From assembly GCA_041494685.1 (NCBI GenBank), contig JBGQBE010000020.1, positions 1 to 50,172 of the forward strand: a stretch of DNA of 50,172 nt, read 5' to 3'. This DNA comes from Dehalococcoidia bacterium (lineage in GTDB: Bacteria; Chloroflexota; Dehalococcoidia; DSTF01; JACRBR01). Below the pieces are notes generated by a model. That model searched no databases and was not told the DNA's origin. It worked only from the letters and a program-made list of their open reading frames with translations. Both the position numbers and the translations under genes were made by a program. Of this stretch, positions 1-9,414 are shown in pieces (within the stretch, counting starts at the first letter, position 1; every line of letters begins with the position of its first letter).

Positions 1-2
1 AC

Positions 3-203
3 CCCTCTCAGATGGCGGGCGCGCCATGCATCCGCGGACTGCGCATCCCGGTGGCCACGATCGTCGGCATGATCGCCGAAGGGATGGCTGAGGTCGAAAT
101 CGTCAACGCATTCCCAGACCTCGAGCCGGAGGACATCCACGAAGCGCTGCGCTACGCTGCCGAGGCCGTGCGCGAGCGGGAGCTTCCGCTGACGGCGCCG
201 TGA
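3..203 (+). CDS. DUF433 family antitoxin (VapB45-like), probably 5'-truncated by the window edge
   Basis: [16 protein letters not shown]...[16 protein letters not shown] matches the DUF433 pattern. The frame is open to the window start, and the stop overlaps the next GTG (GTGA). Confidence 0.85.
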   Translation, partial: PSQMAGAPCIRGLRIPVATIVGMIAEGMAEVEIVNAFPDLEPEDIHEALRYAAEAVRERELPLTAP

Positions 204-577
204 CGTTCCTCATCGACAACGCCCTCTCGCCGGCGGTGGCGGAGGGGCTGCGCGAGCGCGGCCACGATGCGGTGCACGTACGCGAGTACGACATGCGGGC
301 GGCGTCCGACGAGGCGATCTTCTCGCGCGCAGCGTCGGAACACCGCGTGCTGGTCTCAGCCGACACCGATTTCGGCACGCTCCTCGCGCTCCGCCAGGAA
401 CGCGAGCCGTCGGTCATCCTGTTCAGGCGAGAGTCAACTCGTCGGCCGGCGGCGCAGTTGGCGCTGCTGCTGGCGAACCTGCCGACCATGCAGGACGCGC
501 TCGCGCAGGGCTGCATCGCTGTCCTCGAGGGAACGCGCATTCGGATCCGATCCCTGCCGATTGCCGAGACAACCTGA
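200..577 (+). CDS. DUF5615 family PIN-like toxin (VapC45-like)
   Basis: FLIDNALS...GHDAVHV...SDEAI...[11 protein letters not shown] is the PIN-like motif set. Translationally coupled to the DUF433 gene. Confidence 0.85.
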   Translation: MTFLIDNALSPAVAEGLRERGHDAVHVREYDMRAASDEAIFSRAASEHRVLVSADTDFGTLLALRQEREPSVILFRRESTRRPAAQLALLLANLPTMQDALAQGCIAVLEGTRIRIRSLPIAETT

Positions 578-794
578 CGCCCGCTCGTCTTCCGCAAGCG
601 ATGGTCGGTCCAGGCGACGCGAGCCGCCCTGACCCGCCGCCGGCATGCACTCGTCTCCCGCCAACCCGCTCACCCCTACGTGACACGCCGCGCTCGGAGT
701 TCGCCCCGCACTCCCCCTACACTCGCCCCACGCGCGGGCCGTCGCACGCGGCCGCTGCGTCTCAGCGTTCCACCCGCCGCGAAAGGAGGCCACC

Positions 795-1139
795 ATGCCA
801 CGAGGCGGCAGGCGCCCGGGGGCCGGCGCGCCAAAGGGCAACTTCAACGGCGTCCGCAGCGGCAACCACAGCAGCCGCATGCTCATGGTCTACCTGGCCA
901 TCATCAACCATCCGGACCCCAGGGCGCTCGCCCGGGAGCTCCTCGCACAGGGCTTCATCACGCCGCCCGCCATGCGCTTCAACGGCGACCTGCGCGGCGC
1001 CGTCGCCTACCTCTACCGCCGCTGGTTTGATAGCCCCGCGCCCATCCAATCAAACCCAATCAAACTCGATCAAACAACCGCGCTCGAAAGCCCGCCCGCA
1101 GATTCGGGTCCGCCCGCCGCGGCCGCCAACAAGGCCTGA
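795..1139 (+). CDS. Hypothetical protein with N-terminal GGxRPGAGAPKGNxN motif
   Basis: Strong SD AAAGGAGG at 782-789 and a possible -10 TACACT at 718-723. The GAPKGN motif resembles the N-termini of phage terminase small subunit-like proteins. Confidence 0.6.
   Translation: MPRGGRRPGAGAPKGNFNGVRSGNHSSRMLMVYLAIINHPDPRALARELLAQGFITPPAMRFNGDLRGAVAYLYRRWFDSPAPIQSNPIKLDQTTALESPPADSGPPAAAANKA
1046..1075 (+). repeat. 10-bp tandem repeat (CCAATCAAAC x2, TCGATCAAAC)
   Basis: Read directly. A further copy GCAATCAAAC lies at 1166-1175 and an inverted core GTTTGAT at 1025-1031. Confidence 0.85.
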
Positions 1140-1202
1140 GAAATGAAAAACGCGAAAAACAAACTGCAATCAAACGCCGTCGCGGGCCCCGCCGCGCGTT
1201 CG

Positions 1203-3458
1203 CTACCGCGCGTCGAGGATGTCGCGGACCTTGCCCGCCAGCACCGCCGGCGAGAACGGCTTCTGCAGGAACGCGCTAGCCTCGCCGCCGATGTCCTCCA
1301 GCGCCGCGGTGTCCTCGGCGTAGCCCGATACGAACAGCACCTTCGCGTCGATGCCCCGCTCCCGCAACGCCTTCACCATCGCCACGCCGCCCATTCTCGG
1401 CATCACCACGTCCGTGACGATGATCTCGAATCGCTCGCGCTCCGCCAGCGCCAGCGCCTCGACGCCGTCCTGCGCGACCGCGACGTCGTAGCCCATGCGG
1501 TCGAGGATCTTGACCGTGATCTTGCGCACCGCCTCTTCATCCTCCACCACGAGGATGCGCTCGTGCCCGCGCGGCGGCTCTGTGCGCCGCTCCGGCTGCG
1601 GCGCGGCGCTCTCCAGCACATCGATGCGCGGCAGGTAGATCTCGAACGCCGTCCCGGCGCCCGCCGTGCTCTCCACGCGGATGCCCCCACCCGCCTGCCG
1701 GACGATGCCGTACGACGTCGCCAGGCCGATGCCCTTGCCCCGTTCCTTCGTCGTGAAGAACGGCTCGAACAGGTGCGCGCGCGCCTCCGGTGTCAGCCCC
1801 TGGCCGCTATCCCTGACCGACAGCATCACGTACGCCCCCGGCGCGATCCCGCCGATCGACAACGCCGCGCGCTCGTCGACCCGCACGTTCGCCGTCGCGA
1901 TGACGATGCGGCCGCCTTGCGGCATCGCGTCCCGCGCGTTCAGCACCAGGTGCAGCACCACGTGCTCGAACTGATTCGGGTCCAGCCACGTCAGCCCCAG
2001 CCCACCGCCCGGCTCCGTGACCAGCGTCATGTGCTGCTCGATCATCCGTTCGAGCATCGGCCCCATGCCCGCGACCACCGTGTTCAGATCCACGGCCGCC
2101 GGCTCCACCCGCCCCTTGCGCGCGAACGCCAGCAGCTGGTGTGCCAGCGACGCCGCGTCCTCGGCCGAGGAGCGGATCGCGTCGAAGTCCTGCCGCAGCG
2201 GATCGTCCGTGTCCAGCGCCGCCGGCCCCAGCACAGCGTGGCCGATGATCGCCGTCATCAGGTTGTTGATGTCCTGCGCGACGCCGCCCGCCAGGCGGCC
2301 GACGACCTCCATCTTCTGCGACTCCAGCGATTTCCGCTCGCTCAGGTCGCGCACGATGCCCGTAAACAGGCGCCTGTCGCCGAGCGTCACCTCGCCGATC
2401 GCCAGGTCCATCGGGAACGTCTCGCCGCCCTTGCGCTGGCCAACGACCTCGCGGCCGACGCCGACGATCCGCTGCTCGCCCGTCTCCCGGTAATGCGCGA
2501 TATAGCCATCGTGCTCGCTGCGGTACGGTTCCGGCATCAGCATCGACACGTTCCTGCCGATCACCTCGTCCGCCGCGTAGCCGAAGACGCGCGCTGCCGC
2601 CGGGTTGAACGATTCGATCCGCCCGCGGTCGTCGATCGTGACGATCGGGTCGGCCGCCGTCTCGACGATCGCCTTGAGCCGCGCTTCGCTCTCGCGCAAC
2701 GCCTCTTCGGCCTGCCGGCGCCGGCTGATGTCGCGCACGATGCCCGCGAACAGGCGCCGATCTCCCAGCACCACTTCGCTCACCGTCAGCTCCGCGGGAA
2801 AGATCGTGCCGTCCTTGCGCAGACCCGCGGCTTCGCGGACGGTGCCGATGATCCGCTTCTCGCCGGTCTCCCGGTAGCGCGCCAGGTAGTCATGGTGCTC
2901 GCCGCGGTATGGCTGCGGCATCACGATCGAGATGCTCTGGCCCATAAGCTCGCCCGCGGTGTAACCGAACAGCCGCTCGCCCGCCGGGTTCACGGACTCG
3001 ATCCGGCCGTGCTCGTCGATGGTGATGATCGCGTTCACGGACGACTCGATGATCGCCCGGCTGGTCGCCTCGCTCTCGATCAGCGGCGCCATGTCACGCG
3101 CGATGAACGCCGCGCCCGAGACGGCGCCCGCCGCGTCCCGCACCGGCGATACCGCCAGCGAGACGAGGACCCGCCTGCCGTCGCGGCGCAGCTGCTGCGA
3201 CGCGAAATGCTCGACGGCCTCGCCGCCGCGCAGGCGCCCCAGGACGTGCGGGATCTCTTCATCATGGCCGCCCGGCGTCAGCATCGAGACGTAGCGGCCG
3301 ATCGCCTCCCGCGCCGTGAAGCCGTACAGGCGCTCGGCGCCGGCGTTCCACGTGCGGATCTCGCCGTCCAGTGAAAGCGCGTAAATCGCGTCGCCACTGT
3401 CTTCGACGATCGACTGGAACCAGTCAAATGACTGGGACTGCGGCAATGCGTCGCTCAT
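1203..3458 (-). CDS. Multi-PAS hybrid sensor histidine kinase (PAS x3, HisKA, HATPase, receiver); H-box His replaced by Gln
   Basis: Three PAS repeats; LAGGVAQDINN H-box; LVLNARDAM N-box; DSGQG, FEPFFTTK and GIGL boxes; receiver ILVVEDE...TDVVMP...KPF. Confidence 0.9.
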   Translation of the reverse strand: MSDALPQSQSFDWFQSIVEDSGDAIYALSLDGEIRTWNAGAERLYGFTAREAIGRYVSMLTPGGHDEEIPHVLGRLRGGEAVEHFASQQLRRDGRRVLVSLAVSPVRDAAGAVSGAAFIARDMAPLIESEATSRAIIESSVNAIITIDEHGRIESVNPAGERLFGYTAGELMGQSISIVMPQPYRGEHHDYLARYRETGEKRIIGTVREAAGLRKDGTIFPAELTVSEVVLGDRRLFAGIVRDISRRRQAEEALRESEARLKAIVETAADPIVTIDDRGRIESFNPAAARVFGYAADEVIGRNVSMLMPEPYRSEHDGYIAHYRETGEQRIVGVGREVVGQRKGGETFPMDLAIGEVTLGDRRLFTGIVRDLSERKSLESQKMEVVGRLAGGVAQDINNLMTAIIGHAVLGPAALDTDDPLRQDFDAIRSSAEDAASLAHQLLAFARKGRVEPAAVDLNTVVAGMGPMLERMIEQHMTLVTEPGGGLGLTWLDPNQFEHVVLHLVLNARDAMPQGGRIVIATANVRVDERAALSIGGIAPGAYVMLSVRDSGQGLTPEARAHLFEPFFTTKERGKGIGLATSYGIVRQAGGGIRVESTAGAGTAFEIYLPRIDVLESAAPQPERRTEPPRGHERILVVEDEEAVRKITVKILDRMGYDVAVAQDGVEALALAERERFEIIVTDVVMPRMGGVAMVKALRERGIDAKVLFVSGYAEDTAALEDIGGEASAFLQKPFSPAVLAGKVRDILDAR

Positions 3459-3591
3459 CCGACCCGATCAGGCACTCCAGCCGCTGCGGATCCGCAACGG
3501 CTGCGCGCGGCGTTCCATGCACCCGGCCTCGCCGCTCTAGGATCGGCGAAATGCGCACGGTGGCGCTACCAGTGAATGCCCTGATGCGCGG

Positions 3592-3622
3592 AGTTTATAC
3601 AGTCACAACTGTTGTGCGTCAG
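3592..3622 (-). promoter_or_regulatory. Candidate sigma70 promoter of the kinase gene with a palindrome in the spacer
   Basis: Minus strand CTGACG (3622-3617), 17 bp, TATAAA (or 19 bp, TAAACT). Dyad CACAAC-N-GTTGTG at 3604-3616. Confidence 0.35.
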
Positions 3623-3633
3623 TGGTGACGCGA

Positions 3634-4611
3634 TCACGACTGTCGCGTGCGCAGCAGGGCCAGCACCGCCTCGGCCTCGGCCATGATCTCCCGCACGATT
3701 GCGGCCGCCGGTCGCACGTCGTGCACCAGACCGGCGGACTGACCGGCGTACGCGCTGTGCGCGCGCTCCGGCGCCTCGCCCGGCGTCGTGGATTCGGCGC
3801 GGATCTCCTCGCGACGCGCGGCGAGATCGGCCTCGCGCCCGTGCCACTCCTGTGCGAACGGCGTGTTGATGCTGCGGCCGCTGATGCCCGCCGGCCACTT
3901 CATCCCGTCGACGATGTCGAAGACGTCCGTGAACACCGTATCGTCGGCGGTCGCGGCGACGATCTGCTCCCGGTGCCCGTGCGCGCTGGTCGTGCACTCC
4001 TCCGACGCCACGAAGCGCGTGCCCATGATCACGCCCTGCGCGCCCAGCGCCAGCGCCGCGACCAGCCCGCGCCCATCGGCGATGCCGCCCGCGGCGATCA
4101 CCGGGATGCCGCCCGCCAGGTCGACGACCTGCGGCACCAGCGCCATCGTCGCCACCGATCCCGTGTGCCCGCCCGCCTCGCCGCCCTGGGCGATCAGCAC
4201 GTCGACGCCCTGCGCCACCGCCTCACGCGCGGCGGCGATCGTCTGCACCTGCCGGATCACCATGAGCCCGGCGTCCTTCGCCCGCGCGACGTGCTTCGCC
4301 GCGTCGCCGAAGCTCAGCGTCACCGACGGCACTCGCTCCTCGATGCACACGTCGAGGAACGCCGGCGCCGCATCAAGGACCCAGGCGATCAGGTTGACGC
4401 TGAACGGGCGCTCGGTGGCGTCCCGGACGGCGTGGATCTGCTGGCGCAAGAACTCCGGCCCGCGGCGGTCGATGCCCCCGATCGCGCCGAGCCCGCCGGC
4501 CAGCGAGACGGCCGTCGCGAGCGGCGCCAGCGCCGTGCCGCCCGCCATGCCCGCGTTACCGATCGGCACGTCGATGCCCAGCAGGTCGCAAAGGGGTGTG
4601 TGGATCGTCAT
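3634..4611 (-). CDS. Nitronate monooxygenase / 2-nitropropane dioxygenase family flavoprotein
   Basis: PIGNAGM, AQGGEAGGH, PVIAAGGIADGRG, MGTRF and YAGQSAGL motifs. Confidence 0.9.
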   Translation of the reverse strand: MTIHTPLCDLLGIDVPIGNAGMAGGTALAPLATAVSLAGGLGAIGGIDRRGPEFLRQQIHAVRDATERPFSVNLIAWVLDAAPAFLDVCIEERVPSVTLSFGDAAKHVARAKDAGLMVIRQVQTIAAAREAVAQGVDVLIAQGGEAGGHTGSVATMALVPQVVDLAGGIPVIAAGGIADGRGLVAALALGAQGVIMGTRFVASEECTTSAHGHREQIVAATADDTVFTDVFDIVDGMKWPAGISGRSINTPFAQEWHGREADLAARREEIRAESTTPGEAPERAHSAYAGQSAGLVHDVRPAAAIVREIMAEAEAVLALLRTRQS

Positions 4612-4618
4612 CGTGAAG

Positions 4619-5653
4619 TCACCCCCGTTGCTTGTCTGCCGGACGGCCGGCCGACTTGTGCGACGCCGCCGCCACCTCGTCCTCAGGCCCCACGACCATC
4701 AGGCGGTCGCCCATCTCCAGCCGCACATCCTCGCGCGGCCCGACGATCAACTCCCCGCCGGCGCGCTGTACGCCCAGGATCGTCACCCGCGACGTCTCCA
4801 TCATGTGGCGGATGTACAGCCCGAACAGTCCGGAGTCTTCCGTCACCTCGATCTCGGCCAGCATCTGTCCCGCCTTGCGGCCGACGGCCAGCGTATCGAC
4901 GAAATCAACGATGTTGGGCTGGATCGCCGAGAGCGCCATGCGGCGGCCGCTCAGCGCGTACGGCGAGATCACGCGGTCCGCGCCCGCCCGCATCGCGCGC
5001 GCCTCGCTGTCGCGCTTGCCCGCGCGCGCGATGACGAAGATCGCCGGGTTCAGCGCCTTCGCGGTCAGCGTGATGTAGGTGTTGCCGGAATCGGAGTCGG
5101 ACGCGGCGAGCAGCGCGTGCGCGCGATGGACGCCCGCCTGCGTCAGCACGTCGTCCGACGTGGCGTCGCCCTCGACCACGAGGTAGCCCGCCTCGACCGC
5201 GCGCCCCAGCGCCGCCGGGTTGCTCTCGACGACGACGAACGCGAGTTTGCGCTCGGCGAACTCGCGGGCGATCTCCTCGCCCACGCTGCCGTAGCCGCAG
5301 AGGATGTGGTGGTCGCGCAGCGCGTCAATGCGGCCCTTCATGCGTGTCACTCCGAAGGCGGCGCCCAGGTCGCCCTCGATCACCATCGCGACGAACGTCG
5401 TCAGCAGGTAGAAGGCCGTGCCTACGCCGAAGAGTACCAAAACGATCGTGAAGATCCGGCCGCCTGTGCCCAGCGGCCGCACCTGGTAACCCACGGTCGT
5501 GATCGTGGTGACGGTCATGAACAGCGCGTCGCTGAACGACCACTGCTCGAAGACCATGTAGCCCGCCGTGCCGAAGGCCACCAGCGCGCTGAAGATCACC
5601 AGCCCCGCTGCAACCCGCCGCCGCGGATCCGGCCTGTGGCTCCTCTGCTGCAT
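4619..5653 (-). CDS. Potassium channel protein, 2TM pore plus RCK (TrkA-N/TrkA-C)
   Basis: DALFMTVTTITTVGY pore helix/filter; HHILCGYGSVG Rossmann motif; GDAT; GADRVISP. Confidence 0.9.
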   Translation of the reverse strand: MQQRSHRPDPRRRVAAGLVIFSALVAFGTAGYMVFEQWSFSDALFMTVTTITTVGYQVRPLGTGGRIFTIVLVLFGVGTAFYLLTTFVAMVIEGDLGAAFGVTRMKGRIDALRDHHILCGYGSVGEEIAREFAERKLAFVVVESNPAALGRAVEAGYLVVEGDATSDDVLTQAGVHRAHALLAASDSDSGNTYITLTAKALNPAIFVIARAGKRDSEARAMRAGADRVISPYALSGRRMALSAIQPNIVDFVDTLAVGRKAGQMLAEIEVTEDSGLFGLYIRHMMETSRVTILGVQRAGGELIVGPREDVRLEMGDRLMVVGPEDEVAAASHKSAGRPADKQRG

Positions 5654-5680
5654 AGGGTGATTGTCGCAGAAGAGGGACGA

Positions 5681-5777
5681 TAGAACCTAGAACTAAGGAC
5701 CTGGAACCTGAGCGTTCGCGATAGGTTCCTGGTTCTCCGTCCTGGGTTCTGGGTTCTAAGTTCTTGGTTCTCCGTCC
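5681..5777. repeat. Degenerate heptamer tandem repeats in two inverted arms
   Basis: Left arm TAGAACC TAGAAC TAAGGACC TGGAACC. Right arm AGGTTCC TGGTTCT CCGTCCT GGGTTCT GGGTTCT AAGTTCT TGGTTCT CCGTCCC. Confidence 0.85.
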
Positions 5778-5781
5778 CGTC

Positions 5782-6669
5782 TCAGACCAGCACCAGCCAG
5801 ATCCCCGCGATCGTCACCGCTGTGCCGAGCAGCACGCGCCCGCTCAGCTTCTCGTGCAGGAACAGCACGCCCATCGGCAGCGCGAACAGCGGCGCCGACG
5901 TCGTGAGGAACGCCGTCTTCGCCGCGCCCAGGCTCTCCACGGCGTAGATGAAGAGCACGCTGCCGACGCCCGTGCCCAGCAGCCCCGCCACCGCGACGAT
6001 CGCGATGCTGCGGCGCGTCATCACGCGCAGCGGAGCGCCCGCGCTGCCGCCCGCCATCGCCATCGTCAGCCACACCGCCGTCGACGCCGCCGGGATGCGC
6101 AGGCTGGCCGCCGGGATCGCGTCCAGGTCGCCCTGCTGCCCGCGCAACCAGACCGTCGCCAGCGACCAGCAGAGCGCCGCGCTCAATGCGAAGATCAGGC
6201 CACGCAGCAGCTCCACGTGCGTGCTGCTCTCCGCGTCGGCGCGCCGCTGCTCCAGCACGATCCAGGTGATGCCGGCGACGATCAGCGCGCCTCCGATCGG
6301 CAGGGTCCACGCCGCGCTCTCACCCAGCAGCAGCAGCGAGAGCAGCAGGGTCAGGAACGGGTACGCGCTGTTGGTGATCGGAAACGTCCGCGAGACGCCC
6401 ATGTAGCCCAGGGCGTTGATGTAGAGCGTGTCGCCGACCGCCTGGCCGATCACGCCGGACCCCATCATCGAGACGCCGGTGATCAACGTCATCTCGCGCA
6501 GCTGCACCACGCCGGCCGTCGCCAGCAGCAGGCCCACGAGGAAGATGCTGGCCGTCAGGCTGCGGATGCCCGACATCAGCAGCGGGCGCAGCCGCCCCGC
6601 CTGCGACGCGAGCAGCACGCTGGTGAACGCCCACAGGGCGGATGATGCGAGAGCCGCCGCCGCGCCCAC
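5782..6669 (-). CDS. DMT/EamA family transporter
   Basis: About 10 hydrophobic helices in two EamA repeats (GDTLY...LLLGE; LFIYAV...LFLHEKL). SD GGAGG before the GTG. Confidence 0.88.
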   Translation of the reverse strand: MGAAAALASSALWAFTSVLLASQAGRLRPLLMSGIRSLTASIFLVGLLLATAGVVQLREMTLITGVSMMGSGVIGQAVGDTLYINALGYMGVSRTFPITNSAYPFLTLLLSLLLLGESAAWTLPIGGALIVAGITWIVLEQRRADAESSTHVELLRGLIFALSAALCWSLATVWLRGQQGDLDAIPAASLRIPAASTAVWLTMAMAGGSAGAPLRVMTRRSIAIVAVAGLLGTGVGSVLFIYAVESLGAAKTAFLTTSAPLFALPMGVLFLHEKLSGRVLLGTAVTIAGIWLVLV

Positions 6670-6754
6670 GCGCCGTCCTCCACTCTGCGATGCCGGATTG
6701 CTACGGGCGCGTCATGCTAACGAAGCGCCGCCGCACGCGCGAATGCGCACCGCC

Positions 6755-8104
6755 CTACGTCGCGGGTTTCCGCTGCTCGAAATAGCTCTGCGTGAACATC
6801 GCCGCGAAGATCACCACGACCGCCGTCGCCAGGCCGCCCGACGCCGCCATCGGCCAGCCGCGCGTGTGCCCCAGCCAGTCCGTGCCCGCGATCGCCGGCC
6901 ACGCGCGCAGCGCCGCCGCCGCGTTCAGCGCGACGAGCATCGACCCGATCAACGCCCGTTCGTCGCGGTGCAGCAGCCTCCGCGCCGCGAACTCCGGCAC
7001 GATCAGCATCGCCATGCCGACGATCATGCACGCGATCACGCCGACCGTGAACACGTGCCGCGCCGCGTCCAGCTCGAACTGATCCGGCACCCCGCCCGCC
7101 GCGAACGCCCGCCACGCGTACCAGACGAGCAGCAGCGAGCCGAACGCCAGCCACGCCATGGCGGAGCGCACGAACTGGAATTGGAGCTGCGACGCCGCTG
7201 CCACACGGTTGGCCGACGGCCGGAACACGCCCGTCAGCACGGCCACGCCCAGGAACGCCGCCGCGATCAGCAGCAAGCCCGCGTCCATCACGCGCGCGGT
7301 GGTCTCGCCTGGCGGGCGGTACGATGCCCACTGCCACGCGCCCGCGGACATGGTCACGCCGCACGCGAGCAGCGCCGCGACGGCGCGCGCCGGCCCGTCG
7401 CGGCGCGGGTGCCCCGTGAACGCCGGCACCGCCCGCGTCGCCACGCCGGACAGGAACATCATGACGAAGCCGTACTGTTGCACGAACAGCATCGACGGGT
7501 GGCGGGCCAGCGGCTCGAACGGCAGCCCGTCCCGCACCGTCTCCAGCATCTGCTGCGCGCTCATCACGCTCGCGGCAAGGTAGCCGAGCGCGCCGAGCAC
7601 GAAGAACCACGCCGTGGATTCGGCCTTGCTGTCGCGATGCATCAGCGTCCGGCACACGACCGCGGCGAACGCCGCCGCACCCGCCAGTTGCAGCGCCGCC
7701 GAGACGATCAGCGCCGCATCGCGCGGCGTGCCGTCGCCCGCCGGCAGCGCCAGCGAGCGCACCACCAGCGCCGCCGCGATCAGCGGCACCATCGCGCGGA
7801 CCAGCGGCGGATACGCGAGCGGGCGCGACGAGAAGCGCGGCATGATGCGCAGCGCCATGCCCATGACGAACAGGCCCGCGAAGCCCAGCAACTGCAACTG
7901 CCCGTGCACCTGCACCAGCGCCTGGTAGCGGACGCCCCAGTCCCACTCCAGCGCCTGCGCCAGCGGCAGCAGGATCGCCAGCGCGAAGCCGCCGCCGATG
8001 CCCAGCGCCAGGCTGGCCGCGATGAACGTGCGATACGGCGCCTCGTAGCCGTGGACGTGCGCCCGCGCCGCGCGCTCGACCGGCGTGATCGGGATCGTGT
8101 TCAG
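6755..8104 (-). CDS. NnrS-like polytopic membrane protein
   Basis: Multiple TM helices with VHGQLQLLGFAGLFVMG...MPRF and RHVFTVG His motifs. Start placed at CTG 8104 behind SD GGAGGAG; the ORF track starts at 8143. Confidence 0.6.
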   Translation of the reverse strand: MNTIPITPVERAARAHVHGYEAPYRTFIAASLALGIGGGFALAILLPLAQALEWDWGVRYQALVQVHGQLQLLGFAGLFVMGMALRIMPRFSSRPLAYPPLVRAMVPLIAAALVVRSLALPAGDGTPRDAALIVSAALQLAGAAAFAAVVCRTLMHRDSKAESTAWFFVLGALGYLAASVMSAQQMLETVRDGLPFEPLARHPSMLFVQQYGFVMMFLSGVATRAVPAFTGHPRRDGPARAVAALLACGVTMSAGAWQWASYRPPGETTARVMDAGLLLIAAAFLGVAVLTGVFRPSANRVAAASQLQFQFVRSAMAWLAFGSLLLVWYAWRAFAAGGVPDQFELDAARHVFTVGVIACMIVGMAMLIVPEFAARRLLHRDERALIGSMLVALNAAAALRAWPAIAGTDWLGHTRGWPMAASGGLATAVVVIFAAMFTQSYFEQRKPAT

Positions 8105-8205
8105 AGGCCCCTCCTCCGCACGCACCCTACCGCATCGCGCCACGGCTCGCGGCGTGCCGAACGGACTGTCGCCGCGCCGCGGGCGATCTGGTAGCGGCGC
8201 AGCAG

Positions 8206-8235
8206 GAAGGGCGCTCGAACATCCGGGCGCCCTTC
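8206..8235 (-). terminator. Stem-loop downstream of gap
   Basis: GAAGGGCGCTCG-AACATC-CGGGCGCCCTTC, a 12-bp near-perfect stem with no clear U-tract. Confidence 0.4.
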
Positions 8236-8266
8236 TCGATTGCGTGGGTCAGGTGCGGAGCGGCGC

Positions 8267-9280
8267 CTACAGCCCCTTGCCGGCGATGAAGGCGCAGAGG
8301 TCCGACGTGCGGCAGGAGTAGCCCCACTCGTTGTCGTACCACGACGCCACCTTCACCAGGTCGCCGGCGACGACGTTCGTGATGGCCGAGTCCACCGTGC
8401 TGCTGTGCGGGTCGCCCTTCAGGTCCATCGACACCAGCGGCTCGTCCGTGACGGCCAGGATGCCCTTCATCGCGCCCGCCGCCGCCTTCCGCAATGCGTT
8501 GTTGATCTCGTCGGCGGTCGTCTTCTTCTCGACCACGCACACCACCTCGACGATCGACACCGTCGGCGTCGGCACCCGGTACGCGAGGCCGTCGAGCTTG
8601 CCCTCGATCTCCGGGATCACGAGCTTGAGCGCGCGCGCCGCACCGGTCGCCACCGGCACGATGTTCAGCGCCGCCGCCCGCGCCTCGCGCAGGTCCTTCG
8701 ACTGCATGTCCAGCAGCCGCTGCGAGTTGGTGTACGCGTGGATCGTCGTCATCTGGCCCTTGAGGATGCCGAAGTTGTCCAGCAGCACCTTCACCGTCGG
8801 CGCCAGTCCGTTCGTCGTGCAGGACGCGTTCGAGATCACCTGGTGCTTCGCGGCGTCGTACTTGTCCGCGTTGACGCCCAGCACCACGGTCACGTCCTCG
8901 TTCTTCGCCGGCGCGGAGATGATCACCTTCTTCACGCCGTCGTGGATGTGGTCGCGCGCCTGGTTCGCGTCGGTAAAGAACCCCGTCGACTCGATGACGA
9001 TGTCGACGCCGGCGCTGCCCCACGGGATCTTCGCGGGCTCGCGCTCTGCGAACACGCTGACGGCCTTGCCGTCGACGATCAGGCCGCTGTCGCTCGCCTC
9101 GACGGTGCCGGGGTAGCGGCCATAGTTGGAGTCGTACTTCAGCAGGTGCGCGTTGGTCTTGTTATCGACCAGGTCGTTGATCGCCACGACTTCCAGCGTG
9201 TCGCCGTGCCGCTCCTTGATCGCCTTGAACACCTGCCGTCCGATGCGGCCGAAGCCGTTGATGCCGATGCGCGTCGCCAT
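8267..9280 (-). CDS. gap: Type I glyceraldehyde-3-phosphate dehydrogenase
   Basis: [18 protein letters not shown] active site, WYDNEWGY. Start ATG 9280. Confidence 0.97.
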   Translation of the reverse strand: MATRIGINGFGRIGRQVFKAIKERHGDTLEVVAINDLVDNKTNAHLLKYDSNYGRYPGTVEASDSGLIVDGKAVSVFAEREPAKIPWGSAGVDIVIESTGFFTDANQARDHIHDGVKKVIISAPAKNEDVTVVLGVNADKYDAAKHQVISNASCTTNGLAPTVKVLLDNFGILKGQMTTIHAYTNSQRLLDMQSKDLREARAAALNIVPVATGAARALKLVIPEIEGKLDGLAYRVPTPTVSIVEVVCVVEKKTTADEINNALRKAAAGAMKGILAVTDEPLVSMDLKGDPHSSTVDSAITNVVAGDLVKVASWYDNEWGYSCRTSDLCAFIAGKGL

Positions 9281-9414
9281 GACCCTCACGTCCTTTCGTG
9301 CTGCCAGCCAGGCGCGGCCCAACGCCCCGTCCGGATACTCGTATTGGAAAGCGGCTATATTGTGACGCCCCGCACAGACACGATCCAGCGCGGCCTCGAT
9401 TCGCCCGCCACGGA

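Noticed and set aside
1143..3374. 743-aa plus-strand ORF and similar long ORFs (3788-5683, 20601-22748, 20674-23280, 25837-27921, 34703-36562, 47212-49743)
   Set aside because: Shadow or alternative frames of well-supported genes. They are Arg/Ala/Pro-rich with no motifs, as expected in high-GC DNA.
5681..5777. Repeat tracts as CRISPR arrays
   Set aside because: Units are 7 bp with no unique spacers, and no cas genes are present.
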